From: an uncultured Hyphobacterium sp.
GTDB taxonomy: Bacteria > Bacteroidota > Bacteroidia > Cytophagales > CCMP332
Length of the DNA stretch: 32,000 bases
NCBI GenBank assembly: GCA_964351965.1
Contig: CAYGPM010000012.1
Location: 46,827 to 78,826, forward strand
Direction: 5' to 3'
Part shown: one piece after another, positions 1 through 9,904 of the stretch
Layout: each line of letters begins with the position of its first letter
Numbering within the stretch: position 1 is the stretch's first letter
Program-made: the position numbers and the translations under genes
The notes under the pieces: generated by a model
The model's database searches: none
Told to the model about the DNA's origin: nothing
Seen by the model: the letters and a program-made list of their open reading frames with translations, nothing else

Positions 1-1532
1 ATAAAAAAAATAAAGCAGAGAAAAACGTGCCCTCTCATCAGGTGCTGTTAAAAGTTATCGGTGGCGCATCAGCTGGAGGAATGACAGGCATCATCGCCAG
101 CACCATGGTTAATGAAATTTTTGATCCAATAAAACATGTGGATCAAAAGGATCTTTTTGCCCAACAGCCCGGTAACAAACTTTATCATTCTTGGGTAGAC
201 CAGTTGCAAAAAGATATGTTTCCTATGCTTTTAGATAATTCGGACATCTCTTCCCAAAATATTCCATCCCTGTTAAATTCCGGATTTATCGATAAAATAG
301 CAGATCGTGCCATTCAGGTAAAGGAAGCTTCTCAAACCTCACGAAACTATATAGATGAGAATCTTAAATTTTTTACGACCCTTACTAATCTTAACGGCCT
401 GAAATATTCTGCCACGCAGCAAGGAAACCTTCAATCCAATGATTATTACTTAAGTCAGCATAATGATTATGCCTGTTTTCAGCTTCAATCTAAAAAGGTC
501 AAAACAAATGATTCAACCTTTCCTACAGAAACAAATAGAGGTTGGATACCTGTTGACTACTTAAACGGATTGAATGTAAAGGCAGTTAAAGAAAGTGCTA
601 TGGCCACAGGAGCCTTTCCTGTTGGTCTAAAATCACGATATGTTAGCCGGCCTGCAGATTATGTGAATAAACTAGAATGGCATGAAGCAATAACCGAACA
701 TTTTCCTGTTCCAGGTCCCAATTATTCTACATTGAATGTAGATGGCGGAACAATAAATAATGAACCATTTGAACGTGTTAAATCACTACTAGATGGAATC
801 AATGAAAATGAGGAGAAGTTTAGTGCTGCTTCCATCATGATTGATCCGTTTCCAAGTGCTGAGCAAGCAGATAAAATGATAAAGGATGATATTACAAGTA
901 GTATAGGCGCAACACTTTCAGCCATGCTCGGTCATTTGCGTTCAAAACCTGAAATCTTGGATCAAATGTATTCCAAAGCTTATGCCGGGCAGTTCCAAAT
1001 TGCGCCACGTCGTTCGATTAATCAAAAAGACGTTGAAGGCTCAAAAGCCATTGCTTGCGGCTTTTTAGGAGGTTTTGGGGGCTTTTTAGATAAAGAGTTC
1101 CGTATCCATGATTTCTTTCTAGGAAGAGCAAATTGTGAGTGGTTTTTACGTCATCATTTTACCGTGCCTGCAGACACCAAAAATCCCATTTTTAAAGATG
1201 GCTATGAAGGTGTAAATCTGGAAAATTATAAATCTTCTAAAAACGGCAGGTTGCCAATCATTCCACTATTTACCAAAGCCGCTAACCAGATGTACATGCC
1301 GACGTTTGCTTCCGGAAATAATTGGCCAAGCAAGAAAGAAAAAGAAATCACCCGGTTTAAACCAAAGATTAAGCATAGGGTTGGCAAGATCATCATGAAT
1401 ATAAGCAAGTATAGCTGGAGCCAGCGCATTCTAATTGGTATTGGCAACAGAATTATCTTGCGAAAGAAAATTTCAAATACAATTATGGATTCTATACTTA
1501 AGTCGATGAGCAGCCATAACCTATTACGATGA
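1..1532 (+). CDS. patatin-like phospholipase (5' end probably outside window)
   Basis: GGASAGG (GxSxG nucleophile elbow) lies near the N-terminus and VDGGTINNEP matches the catalytic DG[GA] motif. The frame stays open from nt 3 to the listed GTG at 27, so the oxyanion-hole region is probably upstream of the window. Confidence 0.75.
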   Translation, partial: KKNKAEKNVPSHQVLLKVIGGASAGGMTGIIASTMVNEIFDPIKHVDQKDLFAQQPGNKLYHSWVDQLQKDMFPMLLDNSDISSQNIPSLLNSGFIDKIADRAIQVKEASQTSRNYIDENLKFFTTLTNLNGLKYSATQQGNLQSNDYYLSQHNDYACFQLQSKKVKTNDSTFPTETNRGWIPVDYLNGLNVKAVKESAMATGAFPVGLKSRYVSRPADYVNKLEWHEAITEHFPVPGPNYSTLNVDGGTINNEPFERVKSLLDGINENEEKFSAASIMIDPFPSAEQADKMIKDDITSSIGATLSAMLGHLRSKPEILDQMYSKAYAGQFQIAPRRSINQKDVEGSKAIACGFLGGFGGFLDKEFRIHDFFLGRANCEWFLRHHFTVPADTKNPIFKDGYEGVNLENYKSSKNGRLPIIPLFTKAANQMYMPTFASGNNWPSKKEKEITRFKPKIKHRVGKIIMNISKYSWSQRILIGIGNRIILRKKISNTIMDSILKSMSSHNLLR

Positions 1533-1638
1533 TCTATTCTATTTCACCCCACACTCTTTAAACCAACATTGGTATTTAAAGCTAACGTTGAATACATATT
1601 TGATATCATGTGCAAGGGTTAAAAAACGCTACTAATTT

Positions 1639-2220
1639 GAAAAGCGAGAAATAGAGAGTTTTATAAACTGAATTAAATAATTGACCTTTTGTGTACCTTA
1701 ATTGGACTTGAACATTGTTCTTACAAGTGTCATTTCAACTTGAAAAGCGAGAAATAGAGAGAATAAAAGTTGAATTATGCATAACTAGGGTGCTTTTCTT
1801 GCTCGACACCCTCTCCTGTTTACAATATTTTCATTTTCTTATGAATCATAAATGAGTTGATTACTTCAAATATGCCTTTTACAGAGGATTTGAGGCATTA
1901 ATCATCCAAAAGCGAGAAATAGAGAGTTTATGAATATGGGTGGTTTATTTCTAAAGATCATTGCTTATCCCTATTTAAGAGCCTCATATAAAATATATCC
2001 TATTAGCGTTTTTGGGTGAAAAGCGAGAAATAGAGATTGGCAGAATTTGATTCAAAATGATTATTAAAGCCAATGAAGAGACATATAATCAGAAATTATT
2101 GAAAAGCGAGAAATAGAGAGTTTATTCAATTAATTCCATTTGTTCCATAAAATACTTCGATTTAGAAAAAGGAATGGCATTGCTATCATCAATTCAAAAA
2201 CTGAAAAGCGAGAAAAAGAG
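1639..2220 (+). repeat. six dispersed direct iterons, consensus GAAAAGCGAGAAATAGAG
   Basis: Copies start at 1639, 1742, 1907, 2018, 2101 and 2203, spaced 83-165 bp. All have the same orientation and lie just beyond the 3' end of rep. Confidence 0.85.
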
Positions 2221-2244
2221 CAAGTAGTATGTGCTTAAATTGCG

Positions 2245-3240
2245 CTAATGAGCGTTTTGAGTCAATTCTTGGTTCTTTGCTTCCAGAACATTTCGAAAAA
2301 CACCAGCAGCATAGGCTCCAATATTGGATTTAATGATGTTATTGGACTTGGCCAATTGAATTTGATAACACAATTGATTGATTTCCTGAGTGTCTAATTT
2401 GGCAATGATGTCGCGTGAGAGTGCTGGAGAAAGTCCATATTTTGATCTTAGTGAATCATAAAGTGGCGAATCTGAAAGAAACATCTGAGCTTGTTGATTT
2501 GAAGGATCTCTTTCGATTAAAAAATCGATGTGCGTGAAGCTTCTACCACTTTTTTTGCGATAGGAATATGTGAAATTAATATTAGAAATGCTATTTATCT
2601 CCTTCTGAGCAGCTTGAATGACATAGCGATCAAAGTCAGAATGTTTTTCAAACTTTTCCTTTTCTTTTTTTTGGGATTTAGAATCGATCAATCCCGGTGT
2701 TAACCCAAGTATATACCTCAAGTCCTGTAGTGGATAACTTTTCATGCCAATATCATACCACTGACTCAGGAGCTCATAAATCCGTTTTGAATAAATACTT
2801 TTAAACTGTAAAGCGTAGGTGAGTGAATACTGTGTAAAATTCTTTTTTAAATCGAAGAGATAAGGACGTATCTGTGGAGAAAGTCCAATTTCAATCCTCC
2901 CCTTCCCTATAATATAGCGGGCATGGGAGATGAGAGACACCTGCAGAACTGTTTTGACTTTTTTTCCGTTTCGTTCCTCGATTTCCTTCACTTCCAGCAC
3001 ACGCTGCAGTAATTTTCTAGTAGCATCGCGGTATTTGTCAACAGAAGTTTGAGTTTTTGATAATTTTTTAAGCTGAACAGTGTCAATCTCATAAACTGTA
3101 TTTGGATCATCTTCTTCATTTAACTCACCCAAAACGCATAGAAATATATTCTTTTCCAGTAAGGACATGCGGTAATGGGCATTGGTAACCGCATTCCCCT
3201 GTCGGACAACCTTATTCTTTAAAAACTCTTCATCCTTCAT
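2245..3240 (-). CDS. plasmid replication initiator, Rep_3/RepB-like
   Basis: 331-aa ORF. The N-terminal VVRQGNAVTNAHYRMSLLEKNIFL resembles the Rep_3 initiator signature. The gene is flanked on both sides by iterons. Confidence 0.75.
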   Translation of the reverse strand: MKDEEFLKNKVVRQGNAVTNAHYRMSLLEKNIFLCVLGELNEEDDPNTVYEIDTVQLKKLSKTQTSVDKYRDATRKLLQRVLEVKEIEERNGKKVKTVLQVSLISHARYIIGKGRIEIGLSPQIRPYLFDLKKNFTQYSLTYALQFKSIYSKRIYELLSQWYDIGMKSYPLQDLRYILGLTPGLIDSKSQKKEKEKFEKHSDFDRYVIQAAQKEINSISNINFTYSYRKKSGRSFTHIDFLIERDPSNQQAQMFLSDSPLYDSLRSKYGLSPALSRDIIAKLDTQEINQLCYQIQLAKSNNIIKSNIGAYAAGVFRNVLEAKNQELTQNAH

Positions 3241-3276
3241 TTGTCAAATATAAAAATGTAAACTCTGTTATAAAAA

Positions 3277-3409
3277 TCTCTATTTCTCGTATTTCAACTC
3301 TATTTCTCGCTTTTCAGACACATATTTATGCTTCTTCTCGCTTTTACGTCTCTATTTCTCGTTTTAAAGTCCTAATTTCTCGCACTTAGGTCTCTATTAC
3401 TCACTTGAA
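3277..3409 (-). repeat. tandem iteron array in inverse orientation (origin core / rep operator)
   Basis: CTCTATTTCTCGCTTTTC, the reverse complement of the iteron, is perfect at 3298-3315. Degenerate copies start near 3277, 3330, 3349, 3370 and 3390 with about 20-21 bp periodicity. An A+T-rich stretch follows at about 3430-3490. Confidence 0.8.
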
Positions 3410-3592
3410 GTCTATATAACTTGCTGAAATACTGTGATTTATGCTTACCTACAAATAATACAAATAAAATAAATAACACAAGTAATTGTTATGGCTTTTA
3501 AGATCAATAGAGAGACCACCATTTCCCAAAATGGGACAAACATCCTCCGGCGTCAGCAATAAAACAGGTATGCGCGTGTAATACATGGTTAG

Positions 3593-3687
3593 ACATTGTA
3601 TGATGTAATGCTATGTGTTACATTGTAGATTCACTTTAAATGCATTTTGTATATTGTATTACATTGTATTAACTTGCGTACATTGTA
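3593..3687. promoter_or_regulatory. five (A/T)CATTGTA repeats upstream of parA (candidate centromere/operator)
   Basis: ACATTGTA occurs at 3593, 3620, 3661 and 3680, and ATATTGTA at 3651. The last copy ends 10 nt before the parA ATG. Confidence 0.5.
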
Positions 3688-3696
3688 ATACAAGGT

Positions 3697-4458
3697 ATGA
3701 TGAAGATAATAAGCTTAGCCAATCGAAAAGGAGGTGTAGGAAAAACAACGAGTTCATTGAATATCGCCGCTGGACTTGCACGAAAAGGATATCGTGTTTT
3801 AATGATTGATTTGGATCCGCAAGGCAATCTCAGTCAATCTCTTTTAAAAGAAGAAGCGCAGAACACAATATTTACGCTTCTTATGAATGAATGCACCCTA
3901 AAAGAAGCAGTGGTACTCATCAAAAAAAACCTGAATCTTATTCCCTGTAATAACACCTTTTCTAGGTTTGAGAAACAATTTGCAGGGGAGTCAGACGCAC
4001 AGTTTATTTTGCTCGACTTTTTGGATGCCCTTAAGACGTATTTTAAAAACAAACTGGACTTTATCGTTTGTGATTGCCCACCTTCACTAGGATTAATTAC
4101 AATTAACGCTTTTGTGGCTTCACAGGATGTTTATGTGCCCATGGAGGCACAGCAATATAGTCTTGACGGTTTACGACAAGTGCTTACAGAGGCTGAGAAG
4201 ATAAAAGCAAGGCAAAATCAAGATTTAGCGGTCAAAGGGGTGTTTTTTACAAGACATAACCCAAGAACCTATATCAGCCACGATATGATCGCGCTCTTAG
4301 AGAAAGAGTTTCCGGGTTTGTTAATGAAAACCCATATCAGGAGAAATATTGCTCTAGAGGAGTCTCCGAGCTTACGACAGGATGTTTTTTCCTATGAAGA
4401 GGAAAGTCATGGCGCAGAAGACTACAATAATTTGGTTGAGGAAATCTTAAATCGCTAG
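3697..4458 (+). CDS. parA: ParA/Soj-type partition ATPase
   Basis: Deviant Walker A NRKGGVGKTT. 253 aa. Typical position next to rep. Confidence 0.9.
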   Translation: MMKIISLANRKGGVGKTTSSLNIAAGLARKGYRVLMIDLDPQGNLSQSLLKEEAQNTIFTLLMNECTLKEAVVLIKKNLNLIPCNNTFSRFEKQFAGESDAQFILLDFLDALKTYFKNKLDFIVCDCPPSLGLITINAFVASQDVYVPMEAQQYSLDGLRQVLTEAEKIKARQNQDLAVKGVFFTRHNPRTYISHDMIALLEKEFPGLLMKTHIRRNIALEESPSLRQDVFSYEEESHGAEDYNNLVEEILNR

Positions 4459-4460
4459 AG

Positions 4461-4784
4461 ATGAGCCGCAAAAAACGTGAATTTAATTTATTCGAAAGGG
4501 GAGAAGATAAGAAGGATGAATCCCAAAGAGTTTCTGACATCAGTTATATCGATGAAGTTGTAGATGAAAACTCAACACCTGAAAAAGAATCGGATGCGAA
4601 GAGAATAGAATCAGAAAAAGACTATGTAAGACACACATTCATCATCAACCCTAATGATTTGGTGAAACTCAAATCAATCGTGCATGATGTTAAAAGTACA
4701 GGCCGGTATAAATATTCCCAAAAGGAAGCCTTACATGATGCTATTTCATTACTGCGTGAAAAAATAAACAATAGCCTCAGTTAA
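4461..4784 (+). CDS. small partition adaptor candidate (ParG/RHH-like), hypothetical
   Basis: Starts 3 nt after parA. It has a charged, low-complexity N-terminal half and a short structured C-terminal segment. No motif was recognised with certainty. Confidence 0.4.
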   Translation: MSRKKREFNLFERGEDKKDESQRVSDISYIDEVVDENSTPEKESDAKRIESEKDYVRHTFIINPNDLVKLKSIVHDVKSTGRYKYSQKEALHDAISLLREKINNSLS

Positions 4785-4952
4785 TACAGTGGGGGGGGGA
4801 GAACCAATCAAATCTAGGGGTGGCCTTTAATCAAGTTATTTACATATTATGGAGTAAAATGAGCAATGCAATTTGTAAAAATGAACTAAAAAAGACAATT
4901 GATGCGAATGCCAATGCAGGCGTTTTTTCTTTAAACAATTATCCAAACATTT

Positions 4953-5261
4953 ATGCCCCATTTTGAAACAACTATCAACGGCTTAATTTTTCATTCTCAA
5001 ATCCTAGATGGTGGAAAGTTTGTGATCAATACAATGCCATCAGAGCTGCGCACCCAACCTCAATCTAGGCGAACCTTTTCAGAGCTTCTAGTCAATGCTA
5101 TTTTTAAAGTACACCCCTTTGACCTCAATAAAGTACATTGGGTAGAAGATTTTAACGATTCTGACCACATGGATCTGCTTTATTTATGTCAGTACGGAAA
5201 AACAATTCATATTACAGAAAGAATTTTAGTGGAACGGGAACATGTCTATTTTCCAAACTAA
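4953..5261 (+). CDS. hypothetical protein, 102-aa family copy 1
   Basis: Roughly half of its residues are identical to the ORF at 13420-13728 over the full length (ILDGGKF, HPFD.NK.HW and LLYL..YG.TI.IT.RI.VERE blocks shared). Confidence 0.6.
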   Translation: MPHFETTINGLIFHSQILDGGKFVINTMPSELRTQPQSRRTFSELLVNAIFKVHPFDLNKVHWVEDFNDSDHMDLLYLCQYGKTIHITERILVEREHVYFPN

Positions 5262-5556
5262 CATTAGATCATACCATTAGAAGCTACTGCTCATTTAATT
5301 ATATAATATTTACGATAATTGTTTTGAAATTTACAATGTCATTGTGTCATGAAAAGATCAAATTTCTATTCTATTGGTCACAGAATGAGATAACGTCTTT
5401 GCACACCACTATTTTACTTAAAGACCATTTTTTCTTGAAAAATTGTCCTTTTTAAGGAGAACTTTGATTGAAGAAGATGAATGATAATTTTAACCCAAGA
5501 TTATTAACGTTGGTCATGCAGAGATACAGACGGCCTTGTTAATTGAGCCACCTTAA

Positions 5557-5892
5557 TTATTTCTTAAGATAGAATGGCACACCTACACGGTCTATATGTT
5601 CTAAAAAGTCCGGGTCGCTAATGCGATGATACACTGAGATGTCAAACTTATAGGGCAGGAGCAAATTGTCTAAATCCATTTCAATCTTGAAAAGCAGATC
5701 TAGTGTGATGTTTTCACCAATCAACGTTAAGTCTATGTCGGATGAAGGCTTATAATTGCCCATGGCCCTGGAGCCATATATCAATACCTTTTCAATGTCA
5801 TGATACCTGGAAAAGACATCTTGAATCTCTCGTTGTTCTTTTGATGTTAGACCCGTGTTCATCAGGCTAAAGCAGTTTTCCTTGCTCTCCAC
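5557..5892 (-). CDS. minimal nucleotidyltransferase (MNT) of a HEPN-MNT module
   Basis: YGSRAMGNYKPSSDIDL matches the GSxxxGxxxxxSDxDL nucleotidyltransferase motif. It overlaps the upstream HEPN gene by 26 nt. Confidence 0.85.
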   Translation of the reverse strand: MESKENCFSLMNTGLTSKEQREIQDVFSRYHDIEKVLIYGSRAMGNYKPSSDIDLTLIGENITLDLLFKIEMDLDNLLLPYKFDISVYHRISDPDFLEHIDRVGVPFYLKK

Positions 5893-6340
5893 TTCTTTTT
5901 GATTCCATTGTAGCCTGAAACTCTAGAAAAGCGGGGTAGTAGTCAGTCATGATTTTAGAATAGATTTCATTGGCCGTTGCCGAGTTATAGGTATGGCTTG
6001 TTTTATTACGGCTACCTATCATTTCCATCCATACCTGACCATCGGTGACCAACTGGAGTTGAAAAGCTTCACGTGAGGCATCTCTGCTACCTCCTATGCT
6101 ATTATTACCCTGATAGGCGGCATAGTCCTTCATAACGTTCCAGGCGAGCTCATGAGTGTATTCAAAGCGTTGAATGAGCCCTTCAATAATGATTTCATCC
6201 AAGGTATCTGTTTTTGCTTCGTTTTCATCAGGATCAAAGCGATTGATACGCATCTTGATATAGTCCACAGCTTTGGATAGTTTGTCAAGGGCTTTATTGT
6301 AATTGCTGAAACGCTGCTGCCACCGAATATCCTGTTCCAT
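5867..6340 (-). CDS. HEPN / HI0074-type nucleotidyltransferase substrate-binding protein
   Basis: Rx4H motif (RNKTSH). 157 aa. Paired with the MNT gene. Confidence 0.8.
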   Translation of the reverse strand: MEQDIRWQQRFSNYNKALDKLSKAVDYIKMRINRFDPDENEAKTDTLDEIIIEGLIQRFEYTHELAWNVMKDYAAYQGNNSIGGSRDASREAFQLQLVTDGQVWMEMIGSRNKTSHTYNSATANEIYSKIMTDYYPAFLEFQATMESKRSGEQGKLL

Positions 6341-6765
6341 TGTGAGTTCTTGTTGCTATTTATGTAAAACTACTAAAGTCAAAGACACAATTGGAATTTT
6401 ATATGGCCTAATTGTATTCTGACAGCCTCTTTTTCTTTTCTTAGTAGGGGAGAGGTGATAAAAAAAAGCCCCATGCTGCAATCGCCCCTCCTTTAAGAAC
6501 GAAAATGGAGATCAATATGTCCTATTTAGATTATTTTAAATGGTTTTATTCGGTTAATTCAACCGCAATAAGGGCATCTATTTACAAAATGGAACAAGCA
6601 ACTAAAAAAAGATTTTGATACACCTGAAATGGCTTTTTTAAGAAATGTCAATTACCGCACCAAAAGGCTAAAAAACCTTTTAAAGATTAAGTGCGATTAT
6701 CGTATCAAAGATCGAATGTTAACCTCAATAGCTTTGTTAGCTCTTAACATACGGTCAAAACCGAT

Positions 6766-7122
6766 TCACGCTCTTGTTACTAATAAAACATTGTCTTGGC
6801 CTAGCTCTTTATATCCCTGATCATAATAATAGCGATACTCTTGATTAGACTTAGACTTGTGAATATTAGTAATGAAGTCAAAAAGAAAGTCACGACTTTC
6901 GAGTTCTATCCTAGGGACTTTGTTTGTTCCCTCTGGATTAAGAGCAACCAATATTTTCCGGTTACCTCTTAGGATTCGATTTATTCTGTCAATGGTTTTC
7001 CGTGTGTCTGCCCGCTCTTTATTGCTAAGGGTTGATCGACACACATCCGAGCAAAATCTTTTATCTGCTCGTCCTGTGTAAAGTTGCCCATAGTCTATAC
7101 ATGGGTGTGGATTAGCGTACAT
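6766..7122 (-). CDS. hypothetical protein with FCSDVCR zinc-ribbon-like segment
   Basis: 118-aa ORF with the pattern C...FCSxxC followed by a basic helix. The start codon is uncertain. Confidence 0.4.
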   Translation of the reverse strand: MYANPHPCIDYGQLYTGRADKRFCSDVCRSTLSNKERADTRKTIDRINRILRGNRKILVALNPEGTNKVPRIELESRDFLFDFITNIHKSKSNQEYRYYYDQGYKELGQDNVLLVTRA

Positions 7123-7305
7123 AACATTTACTGTTTGGTTTTACGCTCTTTCTCCTTTTTAGGAAACTATGCTTTTAAAACATCGTCTAATGTTCCCTCA
7201 ATGGATAACTTCTTCTCGTATTGCTTTGAACGTTCTTTACTTTTTCTTTTCGCTCATAGTGTAAAGATAAGATTTTCTATTTTTAGAATACATCAAATAA
7301 ATAAT

Positions 7306-7599
7306 ATGAAAAAGCTAACATTAATAATCGCCTTTGTATTTATGTCAATCTTAGTTCAGGCGCAACAAAAAGAATATATTGTGATAGAGGTTGATTATGA
7401 TGATTTACAATATTTTAATAACAACGAATTTGTTAAAATAACTTATAAGAGGCATGAAAGGGTTAAATTTATTACTGAATTATTAAATGAACTTTCAAAA
7501 GATGGATGGGAATATAAATCTGTAGGATCAGGTGTTAGTGTTGCAGAACAATTAGTAGTTCATATTTTAGAAAGAGAAATTCCCATTAAGGAAGAATAG
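7306..7599 (+). CDS. small secreted hypothetical protein
   Basis: The internal ATG at 7306 gives MKKLTLIIAFVFMSILVQAQQ, a signal-peptide-like N-terminus. The longer listed ORF from 7084 is probably an artefact. Confidence 0.5.
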   Translation: MKKLTLIIAFVFMSILVQAQQKEYIVIEVDYDDLQYFNNNEFVKITYKRHERVKFITELLNELSKDGWEYKSVGSGVSVAEQLVVHILEREIPIKEE

Positions 7600-7694
7600 T
7601 TTTCACACACCCAAAACCCACTTTCATACATTTGGTGATTGTTAAAACGCCTAAATAGAATATATTAAAGTATGAATTATGGTTAAAAAGGAAC

Positions 7695-7727
7695 AAAGCC
7701 GGCTTCTATTAGGGGTTGGCTTTTTTA
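7695..7727 (+). terminator. candidate Rho-independent terminator
   Basis: AAAGCCGGCTT ... GGGGTTGGCTTT hairpin (AAGCC/GGCTT plus G-U pairs) followed by a T-run. Confidence 0.4.
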
Positions 7728-7958
7728 TGTATTTATTATATTTACAATCCTCCTATAAAATAACTATTGAACTGCCTATTTCTATCGGGAGTCAGAAACA
7801 AGCTGTTAAAAATTTATTTTGATTAATTCTAATCAGTCATGCTCACCAACCTGACTCTTATGGCGCTATCGCTTGTCCAATTTTGTATATAGTCGCAGCA
7901 ATAGGCTTGCACACTAGTAGAGCCTATACCATATCGTCAGACAGCCTATTATCAACTT

Positions 7959-8426
7959 TTATTGTTTGAACCGGGCATCAAATTTCAACGGCACTTTTGA
8001 AATGATTTTAATATGTGCAGCATCGGGGTGGTTGGGATTAATAAGATAATTGAATTCCTGAGGAATGATACAGCTTGGCACTTTCAATACCGCTGCAGAT
8101 TTGTCTTTTACAAAATCATCACCGATAAACTGGGTTTCAAGAATAGGGGGTTTTGAATCCCAGTGGTCCGGTAAGTCTTCCAATTCTAATTCAAGAATTT
8201 CAAGATCATCCGGAATGTCAATCTCAACATAATATCGATCACTTGGCAGATCTTCACTTATATCCAAGTGAACCGACACTTCCAAGGTAGCCAGAGCACG
8301 GGATTCAGCGCAGTACACCATGTGGGTGTTCAGGCTATTCCAGCGATAGCCTTCAGTTAGCGCTGCCCCAATGCCTTTTAGGGTAACATTAAGATATTTT
8401 TTTCTTTCGACCCTAAAAACGCGCAT
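7959..8426 (-). CDS. RES-domain toxin
   Basis: GYRWNS and YCAESRALATLEV supply the Arg/Glu/Ser signature. It overlaps the upstream antitoxin gene by 1 nt. Confidence 0.85.
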   Translation of the reverse strand: MRVFRVERKKYLNVTLKGIGAALTEGYRWNSLNTHMVYCAESRALATLEVSVHLDISEDLPSDRYYVEIDIPDDLEILELELEDLPDHWDSKPPILETQFIGDDFVKDKSAAVLKVPSCIIPQEFNYLINPNHPDAAHIKIISKVPLKFDARFKQ

Positions 8427-8926
8427 TAGGCCATATTTCCATATTCTAGCCTATTGAGACTGTTTTTAACCTCTTGAATCCCGGTTACCGTATCAAATAA
8501 ACTTTCCGGTTTGACTCCACCCAAGGAGATATTGGGTTTTTTTAACCACCTATGAAATTTATCGCGTTCATTATTAAAGACTTCCACGCCAAAATCCAGT
8601 AGCTCAGTCAACAGTAACACCACCTCACTTTCTCTTCCATTGAGATGGTCTTTTTCCCTTTTCTTTTTATTATACGTAGTTTGTGGGATGCCTATTATCG
8701 AGAGAAATTGTTTGACTGGAAGATCAGTTCTTTTGCTAATCACTTCAATGGACTCATAGGGCAAGCCCTCTCTTATCAAAGCCACCCGCTCCATTTTACT
8801 GGACCAAACTGCTTCTCCTTCCGAAACAGCAATGCGCCAGCCTGGTTTGGAGTTTCTTTTTGCTCTCGCTCGTTTAATGCTTTTTTTGGCATCAAGTTTC
8901 GCTGTTTTAAGTGTTGGTTTTTTCAT
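8426..8926 (-). CDS. Xre-like antitoxin with DUF2384-type C-terminal domain
   Basis: The C-terminal FHRWLKKPNISLGGVKPESLF...GIQEVKNSLNRLEYG is typical of partners of RES toxins. Confidence 0.8.
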   Translation of the reverse strand: MKKPTLKTAKLDAKKSIKRARAKRNSKPGWRIAVSEGEAVWSSKMERVALIREGLPYESIEVISKRTDLPVKQFLSIIGIPQTTYNKKKREKDHLNGRESEVVLLLTELLDFGVEVFNNERDKFHRWLKKPNISLGGVKPESLFDTVTGIQEVKNSLNRLEYGNMA

Positions 8927-9154
8927 GCTAAAGCAATATGGTTGTAATTAAGCAACAAATATGCTATAATAAAAATTCATTGAAATATAATTTGCAGATG
9001 TAAGGGTACCTATTGGATTAGAGTTTTAACTACTACTGGCTCTAGTACTGATTTGATTCTTTCGCTATTTTAATTTTTACTAGAAAAATTGCACCTATTT
9101 AAAACCCTTTGTAAGGTTCTTGGATGATTTTGCAATTGCTGCACACGGATTTCT

Positions 9155-9580
9155 CTATGTGTCAGTAGCCTTGGGTTGAGTATTTAAATTCATCAACACA
9201 CCGTTTTTTTCATTTGGTCGAATGGCAGAACTATTCTCTTCCGGATAATATTTTATGATGGCCTTTAGTTTATTTTCTTTTTCAAGGACTTCAAGCTCAT
9301 AGACAATGGCATTCTTACGGCTGTCTGCATTGACCATGACCCACAGTTTTCTTTGGATACGCAGCGCGCCTGAGCTGTCAAAAAACCCATTGTCAATTAG
9401 AAGTAATTTAATTCTGGTGTCCTCAATCTCATTTACTTGGCTTATGGGAATTCCACCATGATGAAATAGAAAGTAAAAATAAGTATTCGATGTGGCATGA
9501 TACCCCAAAAAGTGGCCTTCAGCGCCAATTTTTAGTATGGAGTTATCCAATTTGAACTTTATATAGTCATGTTTTTTCAT
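9155..9580 (-). CDS. hypothetical protein
   Basis: 141-aa ORF downstream of and co-oriented with the XRE regulator. No motif recognised. Confidence 0.45.
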   Translation of the reverse strand: MKKHDYIKFKLDNSILKIGAEGHFLGYHATSNTYFYFLFHHGGIPISQVNEIEDTRIKLLLIDNGFFDSSGALRIQRKLWVMVNADSRKNAIVYELEVLEKENKLKAIIKYYPEENSSAIRPNEKNGVLMNLNTQPKATDT

Positions 9581-9667
9581 CCAAGCCCTGTTTGATCGCT
9601 CTTAGATTGTCTGAACCAATGTAAGAATATACAACTTAAATCGAGCTGTTGATTAAACGTAAATTCG

Positions 9668-9904
9668 CTACTGTGCGTTTTGGTTAACTTTAGCAATAAG
9701 GTCCTGCGGAGAGATATTTAGAATAGAGGCTAGTTTAAATACCGTGGTCAGGGTGGGTTGCTTATGGCCATTCTCAAGCCTGGAAATATGTGTGGAATGA
9801 GAATCGATTCCATGGGCCAACTGTTCTTGAGACATGCCTGCCTCCAGCCTGCAAGATTTAAGAACCACTCCAAAGGATTTGATTATTTCAGCGTCAGTTA
9901 ACAT
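9668..9904 (-). CDS. XRE-family helix-turn-helix regulator
   Basis: GMSQEQLAHGIDSHSTHISRLENGHKQPTL is a classic HTH_3 pattern. Confidence 0.85.
   Translation of the reverse strand: MLTDAEIIKSFGVVLKSCRLEAGMSQEQLAHGIDSHSTHISRLENGHKQPTLTTVFKLASILNISPQDLIAKVNQNAQ

Noticed and set aside
1639-2220. Regularly recurring ~19-bp repeats that could be mistaken for a CRISPR array
   Set aside because: Spacing is irregular (83-165 bp) and the repeat is short and non-palindromic. The same motif recurs in inverted tandem form in the rep promoter, and no cas genes are present. The repeats are iterons.
3615-3809. Listed 64-aa ORF upstream of and overlapping parA
   Set aside because: It is built from the ACATTGTA repeat block and overlaps the well-supported parA start.
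5186-5455. Listed 89-aa ORF after the first 102-aa gene
   Set aside because: It overlaps the end of the paralog-supported gene, then runs through AT-rich sequence with low-complexity, hydrophobic translation.
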